Source of the DNA: Cirrosporium novae-zelandiae
Taxonomy: Eukaryota
Assembly: GCA_026023565.1 (NCBI GenBank)
Contig: JAPETS010000014.1
Span: 186,001-250,000, forward strand
DNA length: 64,000 nucleotides
Direction of reading: 5' to 3'
Positions within the stretch are counted from its first letter, which is position 1. The number at the start of each line of letters is the position of its first letter. The notes under the pieces are model-generated. The model worked only from the letters and a program-made list of their open reading frames with translations, was not told where the DNA came from and ran no database searches. The translations under genes were made by a program, and so were the position numbers. Below are positions 39,492 through 50,900 of this stretch, piece after piece.

Positions 39492-40574
39492 TCACGGCCA
39501 GGTCCCCCCCATAATAGGAAACTCCAACCGCCTATGCAACCTCCTCACGATCTCCAAATAGCTCCTCTCACCCTCGGGCACAATCTTGCCATGCCTGACT
39601 AAAAAGTCCACCAACACAAGCGCACAATTCGGCTTAAACTCCCCTTTACCCATACGCAGCTTAACCTCGTCTACATCCATGAGCTCAAACCCCTCGGCCT
39701 CCCCGTCCCCAGGCTTCGGGATCACGTCCTCCGGAAGCGGCAGGTCATACACGAACTGGTTCTCCGGCATCGGCAGGCCCGTCTCCCCGCCGGCGCGGGA
39801 GTCCCGTAGATGAAAGTACGTCACGACACCCACGGCACGTGCGAGACCACGTACGAGGGCTGGGGGCAGGGAGGCCTCCTCCTCGCTCTCCCGGACCATG
39901 GTCTCGAAGGGAGACTCCACAACGCCGGAGGCGCTGATGGAAATCCCGCCTGCGACTGAGTTGTCTAGCATAGATGGATATGTCTGCTTCGTGGCGGAGC
40001 GCCGGGGCACCCAGATGCGCAGACGAGGTGCACTCCCGCTCTCGTTTGCGCTACCTGCCACGTACGCTGTCATGTGCACGCCGTAGGTCACGACCCCGAA
40101 GAGCGGCGCCGCCGAGCGCTCGATGCTAAAGAGGAGTTCCCCCGACCGTCCGTACACCGGGAATAGCTCATTGCGCCAACCCTTGAGGAGTTCAAACGTC
40201 CCGCATTTGCGCGCTAAGCTGGTGGTTTCGGCGATTAAGGCGGAGGTTTTAGCGGGTGTGGAGGTCAGCGGTGAAGGGAGGGTCAGGGTGAGAGTGTGGC
40301 TGGTGTGGTCGATCATCCAGTAGGAGGGCCAGGGCAGGTCGTTGATTGTGCGTGTAGTTAGGTAGCCTAGGGGTACGGTGGGGTCTGAGGATAAATGGAG
40401 CGTGTAGAGTTTTGAGATGGTGAGAGTGTGGAGGGGGCTTGGGGCATAGGGGAATCTAGGAGGGGGAGAAGAGGGTTAATTAAATGAGAGGGAGGAAGGT
40501 GGGGGATGTGGGGGGGGGAGGGTGGAACGTTACTTATCGCATTCGTTTATAAGATCTAGAGAAGATTTCATCAT
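39492..40574 (-). CDS. Nudix hydrolase, thiamine-pyrophosphokinase-related (YJR142W-like)
   Basis: MKSSLDLINECD exon + intron; GWRNELFPVY, ERSAAPLFGVVTYGVHM, WVPRRSATKQTYPSMLDNSVAGG, Nudix RESEEEASL, FKPNCALV. Confidence 0.9.
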
Positions 40575-40853
40575 GAAGGTGGGGGTTCGTTCGGGTAGAC
40601 CGTCGTATATACTTACTTACCTAGGTACTATACTCGGGGCGGGGGGAAGAAGTCAGTAGCTTAATGGATTTTTGACTGCTAGATATCAAAAAATATAAAG
40701 TAGGTAAATAGATAGGTCGATGGATCGATAGGTTGATAGCTAGATAGCTAGTCCTTCTAGCGTAGCTTCTTCCTCTTGTCCTTATTCTTTTTTTTCTCAC
40801 ACCCTCAGCCTATAATAATTAATTAATTAATTTCCCCAAAACCAAAAGATTTA

Positions 40854-40877
40854 TTCTTCTTCTTCTTCTTCTTCTTT
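40854..40877. repeat. (TTC)n microsatellite in a low-complexity intergenic tract
   Basis: ttcttcttcttcttcttcttcttt, near (ACTT)n and (TAGA)n-like runs at 40610-40750. Confidence 0.85.
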
Positions 40878-41886
40878 CGAAATCTTCAAAACAGCGGAGT
40901 TCTTCCTCCTTTTAAATATTTTTAAAAGGAATCTTTATCTGTTTGTTACAATCAAATCGCCTTGTGTACTTGTTGTAATCGTCATTATGTATGCCTGCAT
41001 GTATGTATGATATTCTTCACCTTAGGGATCCCTATTAGAGGTGTATGTGTGTGTGTACTGTAGGCCTGAGGGATGCCTACAGTACTGTGGCGCGATTAAG
41101 GTGTCTATTTTCTACTGAGGCACCGATTTAGGCCTTTAACCGAGGGTCTTGGCTCTGCCGCCCTCAACAGCCCTCCCTCTTACTTGAGCATCCGTAAGTC
41201 AGGTCTACTACAATAGTCTTTTTGGGTTATTCCTATGAAAGGGGAAGATATTTGTTTTATGTAATTATTAAAGCGTAAAGAATCGATAGAACCCTTAGAC
41301 TATGGATAATAGTAGTTCCGGCTTGCGCCAAGCCAGGCGCGTGCTACGCAAGAACAACTTCCTTCCTTTCTTCGTAGATCAGAACTCTTCGGTGGCAATC
41401 TTTTGCATATATCATACATCTTACTTGCATACCCCAGTTCTCGCCTCACACGTAACATATACCCCCCTGAGATTGCAACCGCAATCTTATTATCAGACAG
41501 TGTAGTAAGGATAGCTGATTACTATCTAGCAGCTACAGGAGGGCCGGCAGTCGAAAAAATATCTCCCTCCTGGCTCACAAGTTTGACTCGTTGGGAATAC
41601 CGCCAGCCAAGCACCATGTTGTTTTCAAGTTCAAAAGAATACAAACAGGCGAAAATCGACAACGTTAGGATGAGTATGCGAGATGAATGGGTAAGTGTCT
41701 TCGATAGTTCTGAGGGAACTCGTGTAGGAGGGCATTAAACTTGAATGGTAATCATAAGATTACAAACAGGCAACCCTAGTTTGAACGGAAAAAGGAGAGA
41801 TCGCAATACAATTTAGCTGTTATGGAACGGCTGTGGAGACAGTATGCCTTAATGCATAGAGGTGATGTGTCATTCGAAGGTCATTC

Positions 41887-44800
41887 TCACGCGCCCGCTG
41901 CTTTCAATCTTTCCACAATTTCTAAGTGATCTCTTTCAGCAGCTTCTTGGAGCGCAGTTCGTCCACCAAATCCAGTAGCAGCAGCATTAACATCCGCTTT
42001 TGCTGCTAATAATTTTTCCACAATTTCTAAATATCCTCCTGCAGCAGCTGCTTGGAGCGCAGTTCGTCCATAATTTCCAGTAGCGGCAGCATTAACGTCC
42101 GCTTTCGCTACTAATAGTTTTTCCACAATTTCTAAATATCCTCCTGCAGCAGCTGCTTGGAGCGCAGTTCGTTTATAATTTCCACCAGCAACAGCATTAA
42201 CATCCGCTTTCGCTGCTAACAGTTTTTCCACGATTTCTAGATTACCTGTTTCAACAGCTATTTGGAGCGCAGTTCGTTCATAACTTCCAGTAGCAATAGT
42301 ATTAACATCCGCTTTCGCTGCTAATAATTTTTCCACAATTTCTAAATATCCTTCTGCAACAGCTGCTTGGAGCGCAGTTCGTTCATAATTTCTAGTAGTA
42401 GCAGCATTAATATCCGCTTTCGCTGCTAACAGTTTTTCCACGATTTCCAGATTACCTGTTTCAACAGCTGCTTGGAGCGCAGTTCGTCCATAATTTCCAC
42501 CAGCAGCAGCATTAACATCCGCTTTCGCTGCTAACAGTTTTTCCACGATTTCCAGATTACCTGTTTCAATAACTGCTTGGAGCGCAGTTCGTCCATAACT
42601 TCCAGTAGCAGCAGCATTAACATCCGCTTTTGCTGCTAATAATTTTTCCACAATTTCTAAATATCCTCCTGCAGCAGCTGCTTGGAGTGCAGTCCATCTA
42701 CTATGTTCATCAAAAGTAGCAGTATTGACATCAACGTTTGCCGCTAGCAGTTTTTCCACAATTTTTAGGTCACCTCTTCCAGCAGCTTCTTGGAGCACTA
42801 TAGCTGTATCTGCTGTTAAAACATTACCTATTTCAAGAAAAATTTCAAATAGTGCCATGTTGCCTTCTGCAGCAGTAGATTTCATGAGTCCCGTTTTGAT
42901 TTTCCCTGAAAAAGGTCTATCGCTGCTCTCAATGAAACGCAACAAAGCTTTATGTTGTGTATCACAGATCCATTCTCCAACATTGCGATCGCGTTGGATG
43001 AATTGCTTGTAAGTCCATGGGGTCTGACCTAGACAATGTTCGCTAAGTATCAATTTCTTCCATTGATTCCAGGTCGTGGAATATTTTTCTTCGAACCTAG
43101 TACTGTGCAATAACCAGTATTTTGATGCGTACTTGAGAAATGGGTACCCAAGCTGGAGCTTGTTCGTGGAGTCTCCATCGCTAGCCTCGCTGCAACCAAT
43201 TAATCCCTTCATTGGATTGATTTTATTAGCTTTTTGAGAATTTTTTGCCATGAATGGGTGGAGCAAAGACGCTGCAATCGTTGATTCCAATCCAGATCCT
43301 AGGGCCGTTTTTACAATTGCCCTAGGTGTTATAGAACGGTTAGGTTTGGTTCGTCTGGTCAATTGAGTCTTGAAATCGTTGAAATTAAGATACGTGACAC
43401 AAATCTCACCGATTTCATGGTCTGCTACTGATGACTGAATGTGAAAATCGTTGGGTGATGTGTCCGGAGGCCCCGAAAGAAAAAATTGCTTCACTGTATG
43501 ATGTGCAAACTGGACAGCCTCTGTTTCTTCATCTATCAAGATTAGATTTTCGCACCATGCGTTGATACGATTCACACCATTCATAAGTCTCTCTGGCTTC
43601 GAATAAGGTTGACCAGGCTCAATGGCAATAGCCTCGCGAAGCTCCTCAAGAGATAATGGTCGTTTTGCCCCTGCTACCCAACGAAACACTTGCTTGGCAA
43701 TCTGTGCATGTCCACGGGTAAGGATTCGCAATAACGCACGATTGAATGTCTCTTTCAAGTCCTTAGGAAGGGTTTTAAGGGTTTTACGGATATCCTCATC
43801 ACAGCATTGTGCGCATATATCGTCAAGCTGGAAAGCAACCCAGAGGAACCTAACAGAATGAGCTTAAACGTAGACGCATTGCAGAGAAACCACTGACATT
43901 CCTTGCGCACCTTGGACAAGTGCATTTTGGATATTTTCGACTAGATCTATGTCCCCGACAACAAGGTCTTCGGTGCTTAACCTTTCATCTATTACCTCCC
44001 GGGTATATGTTACTATATCGGAATGGGCCTCAGGAGAACCCATCGAAACGTGCTGTCGGGATGTGAACCATCTCTTTATCTCTTTATCTATACTCTCACG
44101 GCCCGCAAGGAACACCTTTGCATTCGATTGAGGTGACGCAATAACAGATGAGAGAATACTGAAAATGATCTCGCGTTCGCTCTTTTCGCATTCATCTAAT
44201 GCATCAATGATAATATAGAATGTCCGAGATATGGCAATTCGTTTTTGCAACAAAGTTTGCAGATCTTTGATTCCAGTTATGGGACTCTTTGTGATATTTA
44301 TCAAACAGGACTCGAGATCGTTGGGAAAGGTGGCATCATCCAGATTCTCCAAAGACTGTCGGATAATAGATCTAAGTATTGTTTCTGCCTGCAAGGAAGC
44401 ATCTTCATCAAAACGAGGGAAAAAGTATACAATGCACACTTCAGGGCCAGGCGGGTTCAGGAAGAGATGGCTAATAACGTTCGCTCTACGATCTAATCGT
44501 CAGCAAATGTTTTATTGGTCATCACAGGAACAACCAACGTGAGTATTGTTTTGCCAGATCCAACTAGAAAGTAACGATTAGCACTGGATAGACCGACTGA
44601 AAACTTGTTTTCCTTACTTTTTCCAGAGCACCAAAATACGGCAGATCCAGTCTCTTTGTGCCATCTATCAAATCTCGAGGTTTGAACTAGCCATTGCGCT
44701 GTACCAACATGACATTTCTTACGAGCCTGCTTAAAGGCTGTACAATGGTCATAATCAGAGAGGGAATCCAAAAGCTTCTGCTTTCGGGCTCCTAAAGGAT

Positions 44801-45722
44801 CGTAAGTCTACTGACTATTACCTCATATTGATACTTACTAGAGCTCCACTCATCCTTTTGTAGCCGTCGTTCTGAAGAATCATCGATGTTTTTATTGATC
44901 CGTGAAAAAATAGATATCGCTGTGCTTCTATGGCTGGATGCTGCTTTTTGTTCTAGAGAAATCGCCTGCGCTTTGGCAAAAGATATTTCTCTCTTCACTT
45001 TTTCGCTACATCCCCGAATTTCAGCCTTAAAAGGCTCAATCTCTGCCTCGAACGAACGACATAACGCATTCATAACTTGTTTTGGCCCTGGTTTCTATTA
45101 ATGAGTATGCTTTTCGAAATTTAGCGTTGCGATGATATTTGACTTGCATGGCCTTTCAATTAACTGCAGGGCTTTCTTGCAGCAGCGAATGATTGATGCA
45201 TAGAAATCGCAGAGCGCATCCTGCAGTCGAATAGAATGTGGATATAAGCTCTGATATTCAGAAAATCGGGGACAAAGCTCCGTGAAGCCCATGAACAATA
45301 TAGAAAGCTTGTCAAAGTAGGAAATAAAGTTTGCGACGATCTGACCCCAGGATTAGTAGTTATTATGGATTGGGTGATTATAGAAAGTACGGGAAAAGAC
45401 TAACAAGCATAGTAAGCTTCACGCCTCCCCACACTAGCGCGCCGATATTCGGGTGTGATGAGATAAAGGTGTCAGAAATGGAGGTAAATTGTTGGACCGA
45501 CTGAAGGAAAGAGTGAAAGCGACTAGCAATACTAGGTCCTCTTCTTTTCATGTTTGCAAGGTCAAGTTGGGCGGTAAAGGTGACCACTGAGCCAACATCA
45601 GGTACAGCTTTAATTTTTCGAAGCTCGTTATTCTGATCAGGGGTGAGAGAGTCCTGGAATTCTTGCATCGCATTTTGAAGTGATTGGCCGATACTGCCAG
45701 GCGTGATTAATTGAAGAGACAT
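41887..45722 (-). CDS. Fungal NLR: N-terminal helical (Goodbye/SesA-like) domain, NACHT NTPase, ankyrin repeats
   Basis: Six introns splice to one open frame; Walker A WCSGK|IGSGKTILT, Walker B IIIDALDEC, GM|FLWV, winged helix (RPLSLEELREA, FAHHTVKQF), about 9 ANK repeats TALQAA..G.LEIVEKLLAAKADVN. Confidence 0.92.
41947..42681. repeat. Seven tandem 105-bp coding repeats (35-aa ankyrin units) with high internal identity
   Basis: Anchor ttggagcgcagttcgt recurs at 41947, 42052, 42157, 42262, 42367, 42472, 42577, with degenerate copies at 42682 and 42790. Confidence 0.97.
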
Positions 45723-46221
45723 AATTCTGTTATGGATAGGTGAATGTGCTAGAAATGAGGATGAGGACCAGGTGTGGAGAAGTTAAGGAAGAAGGTCGCC
45801 TTTCAGCCTTGTACTACTTCAAACCTCCCAGTCATATTTTTATATCATGTTCCACACAGCAGTGGAGCCTAGATTGTGCCAGCTACGCTTTCAGGAACGA
45901 CCTCCAACAATCAAACTATAGATATAACTATTTAGGTACATCATTGCCAGAAAAAACCGCACTCACAAATCGTTTCCTCACCATTTCCCCCACAGAATGA
46001 GTTATATTGACCTATCATTCGCTCAGCTCGGCTGACCTGGTTCCCTCAGATTCGCTCCAAGGCTGCCAATCACACACCAAACCTGTCTGGAGGGGCACCT
46101 GGATTGGTTGATATAGAAAGAAGACTTTGTGGGTATGTATATGGAAGATTGAATTCTAATCTCCAAGCTACCTAGGTACCTTATCTGATCTATCTAAATT
46201 TCGATATAAATAACCCCTGTC

Positions 46222-46276
46222 CAGTGTTGTGAATAGACCAGACGGACCCCCTAGGTCTGGTCTATTCACAACACTG
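46222..46276. mobile_element. 55-bp hAT-like mini-element / internally deleted TIR transposon remnant
   Basis: Perfect 22-bp inverted repeat cagtgttgtgaatagaccagac (46222-46243) / gtctggtctattcacaacactg (46255-46276), 11-nt spacer; flanks cccctgtc (46214-46221) and ctcctgtc (46277-46284) match 7/8. Confidence 0.7.
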
Positions 46277-46915
46277 CTCCTGTCACGCAGTCTCTCCTCT
46301 CTGGACTCTCAACACCATGCCAAGACTAGCGTAAGAATTTTTTTTGCTACCTAGTCTTGTTGTTATTTTTGTTCGTCATCTTGCAAAACCTACAGTCCCA
46401 TTAAGCCTAAAAAAAATTCAATATCCATTTATTATATTTTGAGGGTTAGGGGGGGGAGGGGGGAGTTAGAAGCAGAAAATCCAAAGTGCCCAAATGCATA
46501 TATACCTAGCTATTTATATAGGCAGGTAGGTGAGTTGGCCCTCCTTGGCAGAGTAAAGATTCAATGGGCTTCTATTACTCTAACTACAGTATTATATATC
46601 AAATCCTACTCTCCATTTCCCACCCAATAATTAATAGAATCTAATATAGATAGATAACCGACGAGTTATCACATATTAGAGGAGGCTCCAGACAAGGACA
46701 TAAAGCTAACGATATGATTTGCCTTCCCTACCCCACACATCTTCAACTCTCTTTCATAATGCCAAATATTGAAAATTAAACATTAAACATTAAAGAATTT
46801 TCATGATAAAGATAACGTGAAGCATAATAATCGAATCAGAAGCCCGTTTTTTTTCGGCTTTGTGTTTGTATTTGCTTTTTGCTTTTGCTGGCTGGAGGGA
46901 TGGAGAAAGGAAAAT

Positions 46916-47026
46916 GAAAGGGAAAGGGAAAGGGAAAGGGAAAGGGAAAGGGAAAGGGAAAGGGAAAGGGAAAGGGAAAGGGAAAGGGAAAGGGAAAGGG
47001 AAAGGGAAAGGAAAGGAAAGGAAAGG
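46916..47026. repeat. (GAAAGG)n microsatellite, about 16 copies, decaying into (GAAAG)n
   Basis: Directly visible polypurine tract. Confidence 0.97.
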
Positions 47027-47331
47027 ATAGTTATGGGAAAGGGGGGGTGGGATTGGAATGGGGATGGAAGGATGTCTATAGGATGGAGGAAAACGGATAT
47101 AGGGGATGGGATGGAATAGATAGATAGCTATACAAAGTTATATTTTTATTTTTTCTGGAATTGTGGTATTTCATCCCCCACCCCCCCTCCCTCTCCTTCG
47201 TTAATTATCTACCAACCGTGGAAACCTTTGGGACTCGCTGACTGACTAACTAGGTATAATAAATACTCATCCTGCTACCATCCCCTCCCTCTCTCCCTTG
47301 CTCACATCCATCCCAAAAATACCGGAGGTTT

Positions 47332-47361
47332 GATGATGATGATGATGATGATGACGATGAT
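47332..47361. repeat. (GAT)n microsatellite
   Basis: gatgatgatgatgatgatgatgacgatgat. Confidence 0.9.
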
Positions 47362-47971
47362 TCATTTTATTGCCCGCATGTCGCCTTCAGGTTATGGCAG
47401 ACATATACTAGGGGTTAGTAATCAGAAGCCCACTTACATATAACTATTTAAATCAATGCTTCCTTTTTTTCATTTAACATCATGTATATAAAAACTTACT
47501 CTCAAGCTAAAATATATTAGTCTAATAAAACACACACACACATAAATAAAATAAAAAGTGATACCAGTTCATGGCGGCAGCGGTCGGTGGAAAGGGGGGT
47601 TTCCAAATTCAAAATCAAAAATCCCAAAATTTAAAACTTCCAAGCGCTAATGATTTTGTTTTCCCTTTCCTCCCCTTTCATTTTTCCATTCCATTCCTTA
47701 ACCCTCTCTCCTCGCACACTTCATGCAAATGCTAAACATGAAAGAAAAGAAAAAGCCCGATGTAGGTATGTAGGGGGGGTATCTTAATTAGTATCTCTAA
47801 AAGAAAAAATGCTTCTGCCAGCCACCCATTCGTTCATCCAGAAACGCCCACTTCTATCTCAACCTCTTCATTCACCATCATCATCATCATCATCTCAAGA
47901 ACGATCTAGCATGATGAGGTAGGTCTAATCAAGTTTTATCCAATTTTTTTTCAGCCAATATTCTTATAGGT

Positions 47972-50900
47972 TTAATCTTCCACCGGAACTGGTGAACGTA
48001 TTTCAAGGTCGCCATTCTCGTCCTCCTCCGTAGTAGACGTAAGTTCATCATTTTGTTCCTCTGTTGCAGTAGTAACAGCTCCATTTACCTCATCCACCTG
48101 TTTGGAAGAACCGTTATTGTCCGCGCCTTTTCTTTTGTTCTTCCACCTCTCTTCTCTAGCCAACTCCCTCTGCCTCATAATCTCTCGCTCCTTCTCCACA
48201 GAGGCTTTCCGTCTTTGTTCAAGTTCACCCCTTACAATTTCTTTTCTCAATCCGTCACTCGCCTGAATTAACCCATCGATACTGATAGCGTGGCTGGTCA
48301 TCTGGTGATTTATATACGTGTACACGGCCGCTGGGGTATCACACTCCAATAAACTTTTCTCATTGATTTTAAGGAGAGCAAGTGCAACCTGGAATAGGAA
48401 TGTGCTGCCATCGTTAGTGCAGAACACAACATCCCAGACTCTGTATAAAGCTTCTGCGGAGAGGCAGTCCGTGAAGAGAGATAGGAACCATTGGAAAGTC
48501 AGGGCTTCAAGTTCAATGGAGAGAATATCAAGGTGTGAGGAAAGGCGAGGGAGAACCTCGGCTACATATTGCCGGAGGACTTGTTGGTCGGCACGAGACG
48601 CAAGAAGCGAATGGTCGTAGTATTGTAGAGGAAGAATATTTTCAATGATGCTAGTCAAGACCCAAAATACATCTTCATTGGTTGGAATGATGAGGAGGAG
48701 AGAGGCTGTAATGAGATTCATGCCTTGGCAGTAACCGACATCTCGATTGCGACGGGAGTAGGCAATAAGAATTTCCTTCAGTTTTGCTACACCAGGCCCT
48801 TGCCGGAAGAATACGTTGTCAGTAAGAGTTCGATGAATATCCATTTCAATCTGAGAGATAATCGTTGGATCATCATCACCGCCGTTGACGAGATCAGCAT
48901 AGTATCCAGGAACTCTCGAAGCGTTGGCACCAGTGCACTCTGCCCAAATCTTCGCTCTGTAGGTGACAGGGATTCCCCCCAGTACGAGATGCTTAAACTC
49001 ATTCCATTTTGCGCGGCCCACTTTCCCTTTGTTCCCGAGCCCTGATACTCCAACAATTTCACCATCAGCAATAGATACTTCTGGAGTAGCGATAGCCTTG
49101 GCCTTGGCTTCATTATTTGCGTTCATCGACCCTTCCTTCTTCCTTTCAGCCCTAACTTTGCGCAAGAACTCATTCCATTTCATATTCCTCTCCTTTTGGT
49201 GAGCAGCATGCAGCTCAGTCAGCTGATCAAGAAGCAACTTGACGGGCTCTTGCTCAGGTCCGGAAGATTGATTCTGCTCCATTGTCTGTGGCACTCCCGA
49301 AGACCGAGTGAACTCGGCAACAACTGTAGAAGGCGTTGGGTCTGGGTTGAGGCTAGCTAGAGGGAGAGACCCACGCTTCTTCACGGATATCTGTAGGGGA
49401 TTAGAAGGGGTGTCGGAGCTGGCTTCTGTCAGAGTCATTATGGGAGGAACCGTTGGGGTGTGCGAGAGTAGTTCTGTTGGGAAGGTCGCAATTTTGAGAT
49501 AATCCTGCCACTTTTTTGTGGGCTTTTCTTCATATTGTTCCTCAGTTGAAAGAGGTGTATCAGGCCTTGTCGTAGATTGCCGAAGACTTGTAGGCACCAA
49601 TCCTTCGAGAGATGTTACTTCTAAAACATCACGATCGCTGCCAATTGTTTCGACATTACTGGAATGTTTAGCTCGTTTAATGCCTTCCGCAGCTTCCCTT
49701 TGCTTGTTTCTCCGTCGCTGGTCGTAAATAAAGCCAAAATGATCCACAAGAAGATCAGTTGGGTGATAACTATAGTACAATTCACTCAAGGTAGGGGGGC
49801 GAGTATCATGAGGAAGGATTGTATCCATTTCCACTGGGCCAAGGTTGGTGCTTGGCTCTAGAGATGGTGATTGAGGAGCTTCGGTTTGAGATAAGTTTAC
49901 AGACATTCGAGACCGCGCCGAGACACTTTGTCCTCGAATGCTCCCATTTGCAGTTCTATTCAGAGGATTTGTAGCAAACCGGGGCAAGGAACTAGAAGAC
50001 GCATTTCTGTTTAGCCTCAGAAGTGAAGCCTTTGCTGCCGTCATAGAGCCTTTCCTTGAATTACTTCCTAGGCTGTCTCCACCGGTCACTACTCGTCCCC
50101 TTAGGGACTTCTGGGGATCATTATCTCGACCTGCATTGGGGTTTCCCGCAAATAGCCTCAAAGTCCAAGAACTGACCGACATCGAAGATTTTCGGGAGTG
50201 AGAATCAGAGTCGTCATTGTGCCCATTGATCTCCTGGCTTTTCACGCTTCCGTTGTCTTCTGTTGACACAGGAGGTTGGAATAGATTAGTTTCAAGTCGT
50301 TTTCGTCGTACGCTCGCTCCACTAAAAGCCCTAGGTCTTGCTGCTAGGTCCGAGTCTGCATCTTCACTGAAAACACTGCTTGATTTGCTCGTTTTGCGAT
50401 ATGTTTGACTGCCCCATAAGTATTCTTGCCAGCCTCTTGAAGCGCCATGCCTCTTCCTAGTATCATTTTCGACGCTTGATTCAACTGATCTAGTCCCGCT
50501 ACCATTCCGAAGCTTTGAGCCTCTAGGTTTGAGGGTGGCCTGAAGATCATGGTGTTCAACTGTATCCAGGTCCTCGTCATCAGATACATGTCGAGAACTA
50601 ACCGTATCAGACATTGCCTCGTTCATAAGTGTATTGACGATATTCCCATCCTGCATATCTAAAGTATTTGCTTCGGACGATGCGCTATTGGGATCATCAA
50701 ATGTAGCCCGTACGCCGTTAGCCTTCTCGAGGTTTCGTAAACGAGTTTCAATATCAAGATTTGAGACTTCAACTTCTCGCAGCATTTTTTTCAACTCTCT
50801 TTCTCGCTCATCCGCACGGCGTCTTAAAGTCGACATCTCAGAATCCCTCTGCGCAAGGTCTTCTGCTAATTGTCGCACGACGACGACTGCGCCATTTTTG

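Noticed and set aside
41302..41738. Short ORFs downstream of the NLR as a possible effector partner
   Set aside because: No HeLo, HET, gasdermin or amyloid-like motif recognised in the frames read; a decayed fragment cannot be excluded without tBLASTx
41947..42681. Regularly spaced repeats resembling a CRISPR array
   Set aside because: Whole 105-bp units are homologous, in frame and encode ankyrin repeats; no unique spacers; eukaryotic DNA
43864..45722. Fragmented ORFs suggesting the NLR is a pseudogene
   Set aside because: All breaks are explained by introns (five GT-AG, one GC-AG) that restore a continuous frame
46817..47119. 100-aa ORF with (ER)n run
   Set aside because: Translation of the GAAAGG microsatellite; GTG start, no other coding signal
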